Source: a virus (Duplodnaviria > Caudoviricetes). From it: a DNA stretch of 37,067 nucleotides. Shown here piece after piece: positions 33,675 through 37,067 of this stretch. Both the position numbers and the translations under genes were made by a program. Location: IMG/VR virus record IMGVR_UViG_3300032225_000582, positions 1 to 37,067 of that record; one strand, given 5' to 3'. Below the pieces are notes generated by a model, which did no database searches, had not been told where the DNA came from, and saw only the letters and a program-made list of their open reading frames with translations. Each line of letters starts with the position of its first letter. The stretch's first letter is position 1.

Positions 33675-34600
33675 TGACAACTACTTTTAACGACTTAGCA
33701 GATGAAGTTCAGATTAATCTGGCTGGTTATACATTTACTCAAGACAAGGTAACTCACCTTCTTGCAGATGTAGCATCTACTGCTTCAACTATTGCTGCAC
33801 CAATTAACCTAACCCTTGCTTCTACTGATTCAGTAGGTAAAGGTGTAGTTGAAATTGATGAAGAACTTATCTGGATTGATTCGTATGACCGTGTTGCTAA
33901 TACAGCAACCGTCCCACCTTATGGTCGTGGCTATCTTGCTACGACTAGGGCTGCACATACTGCTGGAACAAAGGTAACTATTTCACCTACCTTCCCACGC
34001 ACTGCAGTCAAGCGTGCTATTGACGATACTATCCGAGCACTTGGTTCCGTAATTGCTGGTGTCTTTCAGACAACCTTTACCTACAACTCAGCGCAGACAA
34101 CATATCCTTTTACTAATAAAAATATTAAAAATATTCTTAGCATTTCCTGGGAAAGCATTGGTCCATCCAAAGAATGGGTTCCAATCCGTCATTACGATTT
34201 TGACCCATATGCTTCTGAAGCGGTCTATGGAACTAACGCTCAGACAGTAACTATTGGAGACAACATTATTCCAGGGCGTACAGTAAAGATTACTTATGCC
34301 ACTGACCCTATTCCACTAGAGGGCGATGTCACCGATGACTGGACAAATATCACTGGTCTTCAGGCTTCTCTTAAGGATGTAGTAATTCTTGGAGCCTCAT
34401 ACAGACTACTTGCTTACCTTGACCCTGCTCGTGCCTCTATGGTGTCTCCACAGGCTGATGAGACGGACTCTAAGCGCCCTTATGGTGCATCAGGTACAGC
34501 GGTCAAACAGATTTATGCACTTTATCAGCAACGCCTGCAAGAAGAAATCCTTGAACAACAACGCCACTACCAAGTCCGTGTCCACTACGCACGCCGATAG
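33674..34600 (+). CDS. Head-tail adaptor / tail tubular A-like protein
   Basis: EIDEELI…GRGY..T.AAH module inserted in a helical adaptor-like frame; position before the fibre. Confidence 0.6.
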   Translation: MTTTFNDLADEVQINLAGYTFTQDKVTHLLADVASTASTIAAPINLTLASTDSVGKGVVEIDEELIWIDSYDRVANTATVPPYGRGYLATTRAAHTAGTKVTISPTFPRTAVKRAIDDTIRALGSVIAGVFQTTFTYNSAQTTYPFTNKNIKNILSISWESIGPSKEWVPIRHYDFDPYASEAVYGTNAQTVTIGDNIIPGRTVKITYATDPIPLEGDVTDDWTNITGLQASLKDVVILGASYRLLAYLDPARASMVSPQADETDSKRPYGASGTAVKQIYALYQQRLQEEILEQQRHYQVRVHYARR

Positions 34601-34609
34601 GAACCCCGA

Positions 34610-37039
34610 ATGACCGTCAGAAAATACTCATCACGCTCTCAGCAAACAACACTGTCTGCACCGCTTACATCGAGTGCAGCAACAATGTCTGTTATATCGG
34701 GTTCAGCCCTTATGGGTGGAAAGACTGTATCTGGTACACAGACCTATACGGTTGTAATTGACCCAGATACAGCACTAGAAGAAATTGTAGATATTACGGT
34801 CTACTCATCTGGCAATACCTTAACTATTACTCGTAACATTGACGGTTCAACTGGACAGGCTCACTCTGCTGGCGCGGTAGTACGCCATATGGCAATTGGT
34901 AGAGACTACCAAGAAGCCAATAACCACATTGAAGGAACTCTTGCTGGACACGCAGCAACTACCTCCGCTGAACTTCGTGGAATTATATCCGATGAAACAG
35001 GAACTGGTTCTCTAGTATTTGCTACATCTCCTACGCTTGCTACTCCAACTATTTCTAGCCCAACCATTACTGGTACTGGTGCTATTGCAGGTACATTTAC
35101 TGGCAATTTAACTGGTAACGTAACTGGAACCGTATCTGGCAATGCTGGCACAGTAACTAATGGTGTCTATACAACTGATACAGGTACAGTAACTGGAACT
35201 ATGATTGCTAATAATACAATCGTAGATGCCGACATCAATGCCTCGGCTGCTATTGCTAAGACTAAGTTAGCACTTACTGGCACAATCACATCTACTGATA
35301 TTGCTAATGATACAATCGTAGATGCAGATATTAATACTGCTGCTGCAATTACTAAAACTAAAATTGCTGGAACTGCCGTAACACTAGCAGATACAGGTAC
35401 GGTCACAAGTACTATGATTGCAGATGGAACAATTGTTAATGCTGATATTAATGCATCTGCTGCAATTGACTGGACAAAACTTGCAGTTTCATCTACAGTT
35501 TCAGCAACCGAACTTGGTTATGTAGACGGAGTTACTTCTGCCATACAGACTCAAATTGACTCTAAATTGGCAAGTGCTACGGCATCAAGCACATATGCGC
35601 CAATAGCGTCACCTGCTTTAACTGGAACGCCTACGGCTCCTACGGCTACTGCTGGCACTAATACTACTCAAGTAGCAACAACAGCATTTGTAGGAACTGC
35701 AGTATCTAACCTTGTAGCATCTGCACCAAGCACACTTGATACACTTAATGAGTTGGCAACAGCCCTTGGTAATGACGCAGCCTTTTCTACAACAGTAACC
35801 AACTCTATTGCTACCAAGTTGCCATTAGCAGGCGGAACAATGTCTGGCGCTATAGCAATGGGTACAAACAAGATTACTGGTGTAGGCGACCCTACTAATC
35901 CACAAGATGTATCTACTAAGGCTTACTCAGATTTGAAGTTGCCTCTTACTGGTGGAACGCTATCTGGTGCTCTTGCTATGGGAGCCAACAAGATTACTGG
36001 TGTTGCAAACCCAACCAATGCACAAGATGTTGTTACCAAGAACTATCTTGATACAACGGTTCTTGCACCTAGCAATCTAACTGGTGTCATCACATCTTCT
36101 GGCGCTGCAACTTCTATTGCGTCCCAGACTGGTACTGGTACCAAGTTTGTAGTAGATACCAGCCCTACCTTGGTAACTCCCGTCCTTGGTGTGGCTACAG
36201 CCACATCTATAAATGGTACAACCATACCATCAACCAAAACTTTAGTGGTAACTACAGATAAGTTATCTGCTCTTGCTGCCACAACTTCAGCAGAACTTGC
36301 TGGTATTATTACTGATGAGACTGGCTCTGGTGCTCTTGTCTTTGGAACAAGCCCAACACTCACAACTGCTACAGCAAGTGCAGACCCAACAACAGCACTT
36401 GGTCTTGCAACCAAACAGTATGTAGACCTAGTTACCGCTGGTGTTAACTACCACGCTCCAGTTGTAGCAGCATCTGTAAGTAACCTTTCTGCTACTTATA
36501 GCAATGGTACATCTGGTGTGGGTGCGACTCTTACTGCTGACACTAACCGTGCCTTCAGCACACTTGATGGTCAAACAGTATCTGTTGGTCAACGCATACT
36601 TATTAAAGACCAAACTACGCAATTGCAAAATGGTATTTATACATTAACTACAGTGGGTAGTGGTGCTGCCCCTTGGGTAATAACCCGTGCTACAGATAAT
36701 GATGCTGCTCCAGAAATTGCTAATGGCGATGTTGTAAACGTAACTGGCGGTACAACAAACTCAGGCAAAACTTTTGTTAACTCAAGTGCTGCAAGTATTA
36801 CCATTGGTACTACTGCTATTACATTTGCTTCTTACTATACAGGATTGCCTTCACAAACTGGTAGTTCTGGGCTATACTTAACTACTGATGGAACTACTCC
36901 TTCTTGGAGTTCAGTAAGTTCTCTACCAAGTCAGACAAGCAACGCAGGAAAATATTTAACCACAGACGGAACATCCGCTTCGTGGGCAACAGTAACAACC
37001 GACCCAACCGCTGACATCTTTATGATGATGGGCGCTTAA
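34610..37039 (+). CDS. Tail fibre/spike protein, 809 aa, repeat-rich
   Basis: Thr/Ala/Gly-rich with fibre motifs (DETGTGSLVFATSPTL, LDTLNELATALGND, KDQT..QNGIY, GKYLTTDG). Confidence 0.8.
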   Translation: MTVRKYSSRSQQTTLSAPLTSSAATMSVISGSALMGGKTVSGTQTYTVVIDPDTALEEIVDITVYSSGNTLTITRNIDGSTGQAHSAGAVVRHMAIGRDYQEANNHIEGTLAGHAATTSAELRGIISDETGTGSLVFATSPTLATPTISSPTITGTGAIAGTFTGNLTGNVTGTVSGNAGTVTNGVYTTDTGTVTGTMIANNTIVDADINASAAIAKTKLALTGTITSTDIANDTIVDADINTAAAITKTKIAGTAVTLADTGTVTSTMIADGTIVNADINASAAIDWTKLAVSSTVSATELGYVDGVTSAIQTQIDSKLASATASSTYAPIASPALTGTPTAPTATAGTNTTQVATTAFVGTAVSNLVASAPSTLDTLNELATALGNDAAFSTTVTNSIATKLPLAGGTMSGAIAMGTNKITGVGDPTNPQDVSTKAYSDLKLPLTGGTLSGALAMGANKITGVANPTNAQDVVTKNYLDTTVLAPSNLTGVITSSGAATSIASQTGTGTKFVVDTSPTLVTPVLGVATATSINGTTIPSTKTLVVTTDKLSALAATTSAELAGIITDETGSGALVFGTSPTLTTATASADPTTALGLATKQYVDLVTAGVNYHAPVVAASVSNLSATYSNGTSGVGATLTADTNRAFSTLDGQTVSVGQRILIKDQTTQLQNGIYTLTTVGSGAAPWVITRATDNDAAPEIANGDVVNVTGGTTNSGKTFVNSSAASITIGTTAITFASYYTGLPSQTGSSGLYLTTDGTTPSWSSVSSLPSQTSNAGKYLTTDGTSASWATVTTDPTADIFMMMGA

Positions 37040-37067
37040 GAAACTAACTAGGAGAAATACAAATGGC

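Noticed and set aside
1-37067. Integrase/att site, diversity-generating retroelement, intron/intein, alternative genetic code
   Set aside because: No recombinase, reverse-transcriptase or splicing motifs seen; genes tile densely under the standard code

Overview
Most of the genome of a tailed, probably lytic and podovirus-like, phage of a low-GC actinobacterium. A freshwater acI-type host is inferred from WhiB, an FmdB-type Zn ribbon, a split primase like that of cluster-A mycobacteriophages and modest GC. Layout: tail and lysis genes (1-4.8 kb, +); replication/recombination genes (5.1-11.0 kb, +: split Cas4/RecB-like nuclease, methyltransferase, DnaB-like helicase, resolvase, split primase, sigma-like factor); a leftward early region of about 25 small genes (11.0-16.3 kb, -: transglycosylase, WhiB, many Cys-rich microproteins, an Ocr-like protein); a non-coding control region with a CRP-type box, tandem DnaA boxes and serial hairpins (16.3-16.97 kb); and the virion module (17-37 kb, +: HTH-fused terminase, portal, HslV/proteasome-beta-like protease, large internal proteins, scaffold, capsid, six Lys-rich microproteins, glycosyltransferase, adaptor, tail fibre). 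No DNA polymerase, integrase, true tRNA or CRISPR array is visible. The strongest unexplained signal is non-coding RNA structure. Three covarying copies of a ~45-nt T-loop three-way junction punctuate the early operon, each followed by hairpin+SD+start. A hairpin in the replication leader displays a 16S-like anti-SD loop. The scaffold leader looks pseudoknotted, and its loop is complementary to a distant hairpin loop. All functional calls come from motif recognition by eye; no searches were run.
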